The notes under the pieces were generated by a model. It did not search any database, was not told where the DNA came from, and saw nothing but the letters and a program-made list of their open reading frames with translations. Source: Nageia nagi (Eukaryota; Plantae; Pinophyta). Taken from it: a DNA stretch of 64,000 nucleotides. Location of the stretch: assembly GCA_050084985.1 (NCBI GenBank), contig JBITNC010000001.1, forward strand, positions 62,434,001 through 62,498,000, written 5' to 3'. Position 1 is the stretch's first letter; every line of letters begins with the position of its first letter. Shown here one piece after another: positions 53,401 to 64,000 of this stretch. The translations under genes and the position numbers were made by a program.

Positions 53401-56160
53401 TGTCAAGCATAATTGGTATACATAGGACTTTAACTCAAACAATTCCTCTTTTGTGATAACCAAGATTGTAACATGCTCCTTTACTCATAAGTGCATCAAA
53501 AAATTGATTGTATCTCCTAGGAATAGAGAAGAAATTGATTTCCAAAAATGACTTTAATAAGTCCCATACTCTATTTCTATAGGTCTTCATATAGTGATGT
53601 TTCATACTAATCTAATCTTTTAATTGCTTTATGACAAGTTTAAAATCACCATGAACCACCAAGCATCTAATGCTAATGCTAATTATGTTGGATAACCCTA
53701 AAAAAAGGGCTTCATATTCAATAGCATTATTTGTGCAAATCCATATGCATGTGAATGAGAAATTTCTCATTTGTCCTTCTAGTGATTTGAAAATAACACC
53801 AACATCATAGCCATATTTGCACCTTGCCCCATCAAGGTACATTATCCATATCTCATGCTCACTTCTAGATATGAGTGATACTAGCTTCATATTCTCATAT
53901 AAATAGTAGTTGCCCATACCAATGTTAGTGACTTGGTAATTGAGATCATTAGTTGAAAGGATTTCTATGGTTAGTAGTATCTCTCTAAGTGTATCCCTCT
54001 CAAATACTTCTACTAGTCTAGGGCCATTCAAATAGTTTTATTCTATGATCTTCTTAAGAAGTACACTTTTAGCTCCCTTATTTAGTATTTTTACTTGCTT
54101 AATTTGGAAAGGAAGTAGGATATGTGTATAATCTAAGGTTAAGTATCCTTTTAACTATGTAGTGAATTCTCTAGATAAGTAGATTGAAAATAGGGGTAAG
54201 ATCAACAACAATAATATCATGGATAACATAGATATCATAGAATGCATTTAGGGTTATGGAAATTCCTTTTACGCTACCAACTACATCTATTGAGGAAGAA
54301 TCTAGTTGTATGGCTCCATCTATGCATCGAGTAATATACAATTTCCTCTCATTTACAACATCATTGGGAATAATGATAATGGCAGATCTAGTATCAAACA
54401 TACCATTATTAACTACCTAGCCTTATAACCTAAGAGATAGATAAAAAGGTGGAGGTCTTCTTATGCTTATAGGAGCTAGAAGGACATCATCAAAAATTGC
54501 TAATAGTACATTACCCTCATTTACCCTCTTTTTACTATTTTAAAGCTTTAAAGCTTATTACAAAAGGTTAATCTAACCTAAAATCCTCAATACATCAAAT
54601 ATTATCACTCTAGGTGTTTTCTTTTATTCTTCCATAATATTTTGTGGGACATAAAGGGTGAACTTACTTAATTTAGTGGGCTGATGTGATTTGAATTGCT
54701 AAGTGGCTTTCTTCTTGTGATGTTCAATGATAAATAGATATCTCAGTGGAGAAGGCCTTTCTTTCTCTTGTATATCAATTCTTATTGTAGGGGAGTTGAT
54801 TGTTGAAGAAGCAATGTTACTTGGATCTTGAGAAACTTAACTCGAATGACTAGGAAGTTGATTTTGTTGATCCTATAGTTGGAGCATAGGAGCCTTAGCT
54901 CTTTTAGGATTAGGCTAAGTGGAATGGAATGTTGATTTTGTTGAGTTACTTGGGCTTATTGTGGGGCTACTAAGTAGGAAGCTCTAGTTTGGACATAGTT
55001 AGCTTATTCTCCAACATAGCTTAAAAGTTAAATATTAACCATGGTAAGTCTATAGTAGGATTTGATGCAAGTTCTACCATCTAATTAGAATGTAATATCA
55101 AATTTTGATGTTGATATATGCCATATAAATCTAGTAAGTGTGGAACCAAACAAGGAGGATGCCATTCTATAATACCAAAAGCTTCACTTTCTATAGAATT
55201 AACCATTACTACATTTTTTTATATCTTTAGGAGTAGGTGGTTATTTTGGCTAATTATTTCTAGGATGAAATCTTGGTTGATACTGGTGATCATACCTCTT
55301 ATAATTGAATCCTTGATTTTTCCTCTTTTATAAGGTGAGCTTATTTGTTATGTTCCTAATATTTATCTTCAACTACCTTATCATATCTTCCTCTTATGAA
55401 TTAGAACCAATATTTGTACTTGTAGATTCAAGAGCTAGTAGTGTTGGTACTTGGTTCTAAGTACTAGGTTTTGGAAGAGGAGGTGGTAAAAGTAATACTC
55501 TAGGATGGAGATTTTGTATTGGATCATTATTTGGAGGAAAATTAGGAAATAAGGGGAAAATGGATCTAGGTTGTATCTTCCTAGAAGATATTAAGGTCTA
55601 CTTAGTAGTTTTAGCTATTTGATATACATCTGGGAAAGTATCTCCTAACATAATAATCAATACATTAAGGTCTAGGAGAAATGCTTTCCTATAATACAAC
55701 AAAGCTTGATCATTTGTAGGTATTATCCTTATTGTAATGGAATTCCAAGTTTTTTTAAATCTTAAGTTAAAATCATCTATCAACTCATGAGTATGTCTTT
55801 TGATACATGCTATCAAGATCAGAAAGATGCTATCATCATCATGTTTAGCAAATATATTGATAAGAGCTTGATATAAATCTACCCATGTATTTATGATATG
55901 AGAGGTGAGAGTTATAAACCATTTAATAACTTTGCCTTCAAAAGAATGGGATAACAATCTCATCATAATAGTTTCATCATTGATATCAAAGCTAGAAGCT
56001 AGTAAAGACACATCTTGACAATGTTCATAAGGTGTATTTATAGACCCATCATATTTAGGAAAAAATTTAAATGCTACTTGGAGAATAGCTAGAGAATTAG
56101 TTGGAATAACTAAGGGATGAATATTATTCTAAGTAGGGAAATAAATAGGGACAAGTTGAG
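50420..56160 (-). pseudogene. gag-pol of the minus-strand Tat element
   Basis: gag MRLLSHSFEGKVIKWF (ORF 55598); PR MFDTRSAIIIIP (ORF 54171); aRH WIMYLDGA...CTNNAIEYEAL...HGDFKLVI (ORF 53612); RT HSYWVTNLVP..EIRLCIDFRNLN (ORF 52755); IN ILHEFPYGYFGGH (ORF 51365). Confidence 0.92.
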
Positions 56161-59100
56161 GCATATTTAGACCACTTATATGAGGTGAAGGATTTTGCTA
56201 TACGGATTCAAATATAGTTGTTAATATGATAGCTCTTAAAGTAATCTAAGGAGATAAGATCTAACAAATATTTTTTTGAGTACTCCTTTGAGACACTAAA
56301 AGCTCTTGAAATCAAGGCTATCTTGAAGAATTTTTAGCACTACTTCTAGTGAATCTATGTTCTAGAGTTATTAGGGTTTGTAATATTGACTAGTTTTATC
56401 AACAATCATAAATAAGGTTAAATAAACCTTATAATATTTTAATCATAAGGTGATAGCTTACTAGACATAGCTATCTAGCCTAATCATGGCCACAAAATAT
56501 GGATTTTTATTCTATCCCATCAAGCATGCCAAAATGGAATTAGTCTACTATTGATTAGTATAATGTAACCTCAAGGGTTTGGTCAGGTCTTATTCTACAT
56601 TGCTCACAACAATATGGTTCTTGAAAGAGCATAAGGAGGTAGGATAGTGTGCTCATTTTTTTCTCAATCTCTGGGTTATAGGCCAATTCCTATTTATGTA
56701 AAAGCCTAAAAGTAGCTAGAAAGAGATCAAAAGGTAAAGGTAACTTAAAGAGAATAAAGAAATGAAATACAAAAAGTGAAATAAAACTAAATATCTTAGG
56801 CATTACTGCATAGGCAACAATCCATAACCAAGATTAGGAATAGCAAACTATCTTACTCTTGGGGTCTCACAATCACAATACATAGCCATAACTTAATACA
56901 ATATCTCATACATAATATACATAAGATAGCACATACAATCACAAATTATAGAGGGAAAAGTATCATGGAATTGTATTATCATATATGAAAGCATTTCATA
57001 CACTACACAACCTTGCTAAAATGTTTGACCTCATGAACCTCTAACAGTCCACTATTTATACTATTCTTATTTACAAATGGTTGGTTATTCACCATTACTA
57101 ACCTTAATTACTCTATTGAATAAGAATAAAAATAAATAATTTTTTACAAATATCAATTTCAATCTACAACTATGTTAGATTACACAGTGACCAAGTAAAA
57201 TAAGTGTCAACATCTAAAAATCTACAGATTTTGAATTCATGTACCTTCTCAATCGTAATCTTTTTAACTTATATTTGACTATATCCTATTGCAAATATAG
57301 CTAATTAATGAGGTATGGTTTGGTGGCTTAATTATTATGGTTTGTCTTTATGCTCTATCAATATCCATCTAACTCTTTGCAACCATTAATGAAGATCATT
57401 ATAACTTGGGGTTGTGGGAACTGTGAGGGCAATGCAAAGTATAACATTAAATACCAAGGAACAACTACTACTTCTATATGGAAATGAGTTAAATTCAACA
57501 CATTAATAGATCCCTAAGGGTTAAACACTCTTGATTAAGTGTACCTAAGTCTTCCCCTTATCTCACAATTCTTTTCTTAGTATAGTGGATCTTGCTTGCT
57601 TTGGCAAGGTTTATTGACTGTCTAGGAATTATTCTACCACCCATTGATTTTCAATAAAATGTGTGATGTCATAAATTAAAATTGTTGGGCTCTAGAATAA
57701 TCTTTTTGAAACATCTCCCACTTCTTATTACTTCTATAATACCCACCAATGGACCATCCTAGCACTTGCTAATTTTTGGTGTATGACACAACTTCTCCTT
57801 TGGAAATCCATGGGCTCAGTAACATTACCCATTGATAGATTTGACTCAAAGATGACTCATATTTACAATAATATCTAGAAATAATACTCAGATCTATAGA
57901 ACCTAAACTTTACAACCTTGAACTTCTATAAGACCCTAATTCAGACTTAAACATCTACTTTCCTCACATGTTACACTACTTCTTGGATATGACCTAGACA
58001 CAATGACACTACCTTTTAACCTTAGACATATGTATAGTTACTAGTGGAGAAATGACTATATTATTACCAATTTATTGGACCTATTTACATTACATCATCC
58101 AATTTTGAACAAAATGGTGGTTAAGTTACCAAATAAATCAACTATGACTTATATAGATCGATAGTACCTAGACTTTCTTAGATGTAACAAAATTTGAGAA
58201 AAAGAGTATACGATCATTTCAATATTTACAAAATAATGAATGAGGAGCAAGAAATGGGAATTAAAAGCATAGATTTATTGATAAGTTAAAAAGGAATTAA
58301 ATAATAGAAAAATGTTACCATGTTCATAGAGTGTGATTCTAAAAGAATAACATATATGTTTTGTAGAAACCCATAAATAGGTTTTGGTAAAAATAAACTC
58401 AAGTTGCATGATTATAACTTGTTATAATCCAATCCAAAAGTAAAATACTACATGCTAAATCTACCCTATCATACAAGGAAATGACTAGGTGAAACATGAG
58501 CCCAAAATAGTAACATCTAGATTAAACTTGAAGATAAAAAATGCAATCCTACTCATGCTATAATTAGCCTAGCAGCCTTTATTTTTAGGTGCAATGTGCC
58601 TAGTACAAAGGGATGAGGTATAGTTCACCTACTATGAGATGTAGTGTGCCTAGTACATATTTTGCTAGGTTTTGTGCATCTAGTGCATAGGTTTCTAGGT
58701 GTGGTGCACCAGGTCCACAAAATATTCAGAACTTAGTGCATTAGATAGTTTATCATAAAATACCTAGTATGATGGTCAAACCTTCTCCAAATATAGGCAT
58801 GTGTATGCTCATTAGAAAGGTATCTTTGAGTAATATACAATGAAAAAACAATATGATAAATTATATATCTTTATAAAAATTTATTCCTTGTTATATGTTA
58901 CTAATATAATTTTGCAACTCTATTTGATCTTCAATTCGAATGGCCTTCAATTGAGCTTTAATTCCAATATCTCCCCCTTGATACTAAAGTGACTTTTTAA
59001 GAAGTCTAGAAACATAAAAAATAGAATAAACTCTATTTTTTTTATTTTATCCAATATTTCAATAAGAAATAAAATAACACAAAATATTCACATTGACACT

Positions 59101-62100
59101 CCTTCCACCTTGGGTGTGAGATCTCCTCCATCTCTGATGCTGCTCCTTCTTGTAAATAATTGAGTTCCTCATTTTTATAAAAAATTATCCCTCCATATAT
59201 TGACATTATATCAATGCTAATTGTAATGGTTCTCAATAACCTTTCTTTTTCATCTTCTCTCATATTTGTACACCTTTTTTCCCAAGTGGTGCTTGCACAA
59301 TAATTAACCATCTCACATAGATGATTAAACCATACAAATATCTTTGAGTCCAAATTACACAATCTCTTCTCTATTATGCTCACACAAGGAATAATAATTA
59401 GCAATATTATCTCCATTAGACAATCTTCAAGTAATTAATATCTTGATAAGACATACACCATCTTCTTCATTCATAATAGCCTTAGAGCTATCCTTCAAAC
59501 ATATACTCAACAAATAATCATTGGTATCATTAGTCAATAAAACAAAGAACAAGAGTATTTTACCTCCATTGATTATTTTTTGAATAGGATCCCATGATGC
59601 TTTTGAAGCAACAATTTTTTTAAACATAGTAAAGAACTCTCATGGTTTCTCTTTGTAAAATATTTCCTCTTAAATATAACTCTTTATTATCACTCCAAGT
59701 GAGTGATCTCCATCCACAATTACCTCTTCAAGATAATTCTCAATTTTATTTAATGATTCTTACATTACACCATGAATTCCATGAGTGACTATCTCACTTT
59801 GTGCTATCTCCCCCTTGACATAGTCTTCCTCATACAAAATAGTATTCACTCTTGATGAGTGATCTTCTTCTCAAACAATTGATTCCTTCATGGTTATGAT
59901 AACTTGAAGTTCATCAAACTTGGTTATATATTCATTCTCTATATCATTTTCTATTGCATGTTTCTCCTCCCAAATAAGATAGTTTCTTATAGTCTACTCT
60001 TCACATAACACATCATTTACTCTTGATGAGTGAGTTTCTCCATTAAGCATGAAACTTATAGTCTTCATATCCTCTTCATCTATGATCTCTCTTGGATCAT
60101 TATCCCATATTGTCTCTCTAATATACTCATCATTCAATCCAAATGAATAAGTTTCACAATATCCATCCATCCAATTTGAATGGTCTTCAAGCAAGAAATA
60201 CTCCATCATAAGAGTTTCTCCTCCTCTTTCACTTTTCTCCCCCTATAGGGGAACTCTAAAATATGGGTAATCAGATCCCAAATATTAATCTATTTTCTTT
60301 CCATGAAGATAATATTCCACTCGAAATGAATGAGCTCTGAAATTTAGTTTATCATAATATATCATTCCAAATGAATCATATCCCACTTCATCTAAGTGGG
60401 ATGCAATAAAAAAGAAATACTCCTCCATGAGAGGTGTGGATTCATGATATGAATCTCCTTTAAAGTTTGGATAAGATGGCTCCTCCATTAGGCAATTCAC
60501 ATCTACCTCATCTTGGTGGTCTTCATCCACTTTGGAATTATCTTTAAACAAACAATCATTCTCATATAATGAAGCTTCAATACTTATCTCTTCAATGAGA
60601 CATTCATTAGCCACCTCATCTTGGTGGTCTTCAACTTGGGAAAGCTAAGCTTATTCCATGAAACACTCTTCAATAAAGGGCTAAGATGATATATCCTTCT
60701 CTACAAGTTCAAGGTGTGTCTCTCTAGTGAGATATTCATTCTCCTTGTGGGAAATGTGAATTATTTCTATGTATGTAATTCCTACAAGAGATATATCAAA
60801 ATATTTGTTCCTTTTTATTATATTCTCCCTCTAAAGTAAATAATTACCCATTTATCACTTTATCATAATACATTCCTCTTCTCATCAAGAAGTTCCTCCA
60901 CATGATTCTCCTCCATGAGAGTTGCACAAGGCCTCACACTAGCCTCCTTCACATCCTCATCTTCAAGAAAGGATTCTACATCACCATGCATGCCTTCATA
61001 AGACATGCATACAATAACAAAAACCATACAAGGCTAAAAATTATCTCCATAAGAGTCTCCATAGGGCTTTCTAAATAGATTTTATGGTAACAAGGCTCTA
61101 GTTCCCTTCATATATAATCTTGGAGATTATCACACACTATCTCACAAGAGTTCCCATAAACTTCTTATAGTTTTCTCCATGCATGTGTAGCTATCCTACA
61201 ACTAGTAATAAAAGGGAAAACATTATCTTTCATACCTCTCCTCAATTCCATGAGAGCCAAGAAATTTTGATATTGTTCCTCTTTCTTCAACCTCTTCTCA
61301 TCTTTTCCAAACATGGTCCATATGAGGGGTTCTTTATAGTTTCCTTATACAATGCTCCAAAGGTATTTGGTCACTAAGAAAGTATTCATTATAATTCTCT
61401 AGTAAGCATAATATTCACCATCAAATTTTGGGATATTTATGCCCTTAAACATGGTGTACATATAATAATCTTCCATTCTGATGGACTCTCAACTAGAAGC
61501 AACTCATTCACACTTACAAAAGGCTATTATGTAGAGTGTTGTTATTGGTAGTCATATTGCTCAACTCAATAAGAAATAATAGATCATAATATATGAAATA
61601 ATTTATTAAATTCTTACAATTTCACCCACTAAATCTAATTCAAATGATCTTTCTAAAGCTTTGATACCATAATGAGAAGAGTTCTACTTTCATTTATCTA
61701 AAAAATGAAATCAATATATACATATAGGTTTTGGACAAACCTAGAAATAGATTGTGTTAAAAATAAACTCAAGTTGCAATATTACAACTTGTTACAATCC
61801 AATCCAAAAGCAAACTAATACATGCTAAATCTACCCTATCATACTAAGAAATAATTGGGCAAAACATGAGCCCAATATAGCAACATCTAGACTAAACTCA
61901 AAGATAAAAAACATAGTCCTATGCATGCAAAAATTAGCCCATCTTCTATTTTTAGGCATGGTATGCTTGGTACAAAGGGGTGAGGTGTAGTGTTTCTGAT
62001 GTGAGGCATAGTGCATATGGTACATAGTTTACTAGGCATGGCACATCTGGTGCATATGTTTCTATACATGATGTGTTTGGTTTATAAAATACTAAGAACT

Positions 62101-62399
62101 TAGTGCACTATATAATTTATCAAAAAATAACTAGTATGATCATCAAATCTTCAACAAAGGTAGGCATGCATATACTCATTCAAAAGTTATCTTTAAGATA
62201 TATCTAATTCAGGAAGAATCATATTAATTAGATGTCTCCAAAAAATGTTATGCTTTATCAAAGTTGACTAATATACCTTTGCAAGTCTAGTTGATATTTA
62301 GTTACTTCTTCAACTTGAATGGTCTTTGATTGAGCTCTAATTCCAAAAAATACTTCATATCAAAATTATTATAACTACTATGATGGAAAATATTATTTT

Positions 62400-63290
62400 A
62401 TAACTAAATAGAACTCATGTTTGCATGTAAAATGATAGTGGGATCACTTTATTTATCACTTATCTCATCAAATACTTTCTTGAACCATAATGCTTGAGCA
62501 ATAGTTTGTTGTATCTGTAATGCACTCAACTAAAATAGAGGATAAAGATATTAATCCTTATTTATTTTAACTCTAATAAATGAATCCAAATCCAAGAGAA
62601 AAATAATTTTTAGATGTGGATTTTTTTATTATCCAAATTATTTCCCCAATTTGAATCACTAAAGAGAATTAGTTCTAAATCTTTACTAGGAAAATTATGT
62701 ATTCCAAAATTAATAATACCTTTAACATACCTCAACATTCTCTTAGTAGCCTTAAAATGGAAACTAAATGGATTACTTATATATTTAGACATAATAGAGA
62801 TAGCATGTGCACTATTTAGTCTATTATTTATGAGAAACATTAAGCTCTAAATAATACTCCTATAATTTGTCACATTCACCTTTTCAACCCTATCATCTTT
62901 ACATGACAAGTCACTATGTGCAATAGGAGTAGGTACATTTTTGCAACTATCCATATCATGTTTATTCAACATATCCTTAACATAATTGGTTTAATAAATG
63001 AATATTTTTTATTTCATTTGGTGCAACTTCATTCCAAGAAAGTAGTGCATAAATCCTAAATCCTTCATCCCAAACTCACTCATCATGGAATCCTAAAAAG
63101 TATATTGCACCTGGAACTATTACCCATATAAGTCAAGTTATCAACATAGAAATCAGCATGAAAAATATCATCACCTTCTTTCTTCATTTATATAGTAAGT
63201 TTAAGTTTTCTTCATTTGAAGCTATGCTACTAAAAGCATCCTTCAATACTATAATACTAAGCTCTAAAGGCCTACTTAAGATCATATAAA
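62400..63290 (-). pseudogene. Ty1/Copia RT and RNase H remnant
   Basis: YVDNL(T)Y (~63140), EFGMKDLGFMHYFLGMK, and ATKRMLRYVKG...FSDSNWG (ORF 62610-62840). Confidence 0.85.
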
Positions 63291-63306
63291 TGAAGAATTT
63301 ATATAA

Positions 63307-64000
63307 GAGCTTTGATACCAATTAAAGGTTTTAGAGGATAAAGGGTCCAAGCACTAATACCATAAAAATACCAAAGTTATAGGATTTTTTAATCAACTAC
63401 AACTTTTTGGAACTTTGAAAAAGCTAGTTTAAAGTTGCTGTATGGAAAACAACTTTGTAGGACCTCTAAAATAGTACAAAATAAAAATGTTGGTGTTCTA
63501 AGAGTTTTTGATTAGTTGGAACTTGTCAAAACTCTAGAAATGTCAAAAACTAACCAAAATAAAAATTATAAAATTTTGAGAGTTTTTGGTTGATTAGAAA
63601 TTTTCAAAACTCCAAAAAAGTTAAAAATGTGGAATTCATAGTCTGTAGGGTGATGATGTTAGCAAGTAAATTTGAAATGAGGAAATTAGATAGGTTTTGA
63701 GAGGAAAATTTTAGAGCCCATAATGTTTGTAGTTCTTAATGAAACCTAGTAGTATAACCCATGAAATTAATCAACATGAGATTTTCTATCCAATGATGAA
63801 GCTTAAATAAAAACTCAAGATGGAGAGAAGGGTCAAAAGTGAGCTCAGAGTACAATACTTCTAGAGCACATTGAGTAAGAAGGTTTCATATTTTATGATT
63901 TTTGAGTGTGTTCTACCAACAAGGCATGGAAAACTACATATGGTTGGAAAGGCATTGAAACTAGCTATCCAACCAAGAATAAATCACACAAAATGGAGAT
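63307..64000 (-). mobile_element. PBS-Met and adjacent 5' LTR running off the window
   Basis: GAGCTTTGATACCA at 63307-63320 (minus strand TGGTATCAAAGCTC), followed by non-coding, internally repetitive LTR-like sequence. Confidence 0.55.

Larger units (their letters stand above)
44270..58352 (-). mobile_element. Full-length degenerate Tat-clade Gypsy (gag-PR-aRH-RT-RH-IN plus a 3' extra ORF), 14.1 kb
   Basis: LTRs 44270-46083 and 56549-58352 (TGTT...AACA). TSD TATAG/TATAT. Arg-type PBS at 56515-56531. Confidence 0.92.
35628..62348 (-). mobile_element. LARD-like non-autonomous LTR element hosting two nested Tat elements
   Basis: 5' LTR 61673-62348. 3' LTR split into 35628-35646, 44229-44269 and 58353-58969. 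PBS-Met at 61658-61669. PPT (CAAGGGGGAGA) at 58970-58980. Putative TSD GATAC/AATAC. Confidence 0.75.

Noticed and set aside
1768-62850. Short hydrophobic ORFs in the track (e.g. 4137, 12619, 26724, 47432, 55118)
   Set aside because: They are antisense or shadow frames of AT-rich decayed TE sequence with no motifs.

Overview
This is a very AT-rich, CpG/CHG-depleted eukaryotic window. It is almost certainly a large plant genome, and the TE lineages and PPR style suggest a gymnosperm/conifer (inference). It is nearly all nested, decayed LTR retrotransposons, and I see no intact host gene. From left to right: (1) the 5' LTR and PBS of a Tat-type Gypsy element, inserted into (2) a minus-strand Gypsy with an unknown ORF upstream of gag, itself interrupted by (3) a non-autonomous two-LTR element with stacked PBSs. 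Element 2 appears to sit inside the 5' LTR of (4) a CRM-like chromovirus (14151-22056), whose 3' LTR carries a 931-bp hAT-type element with an 8-bp TSD. Next come LINE and Copia remnants and a CpG-retaining island (about 24.1-25.3 kb) holding three tandem copies of a length-conserved 124-nt hairpin, the best candidate for a functional undescribed ncRNA locus. A PLS-PPR pseudogene is split by a 2.4-kb non-autonomous Copia derivative (TSD GTTTC). A LARD-like element (35628-62348) has two full-length Tat elements inserted 41 bp apart in one LTR; these differ in aRH position, and one has a 3.5-kb extra ORF. A Copia RT/RNase H remnant ends the window. All alignments and folds were done by eye, and domain boundaries are approximate.
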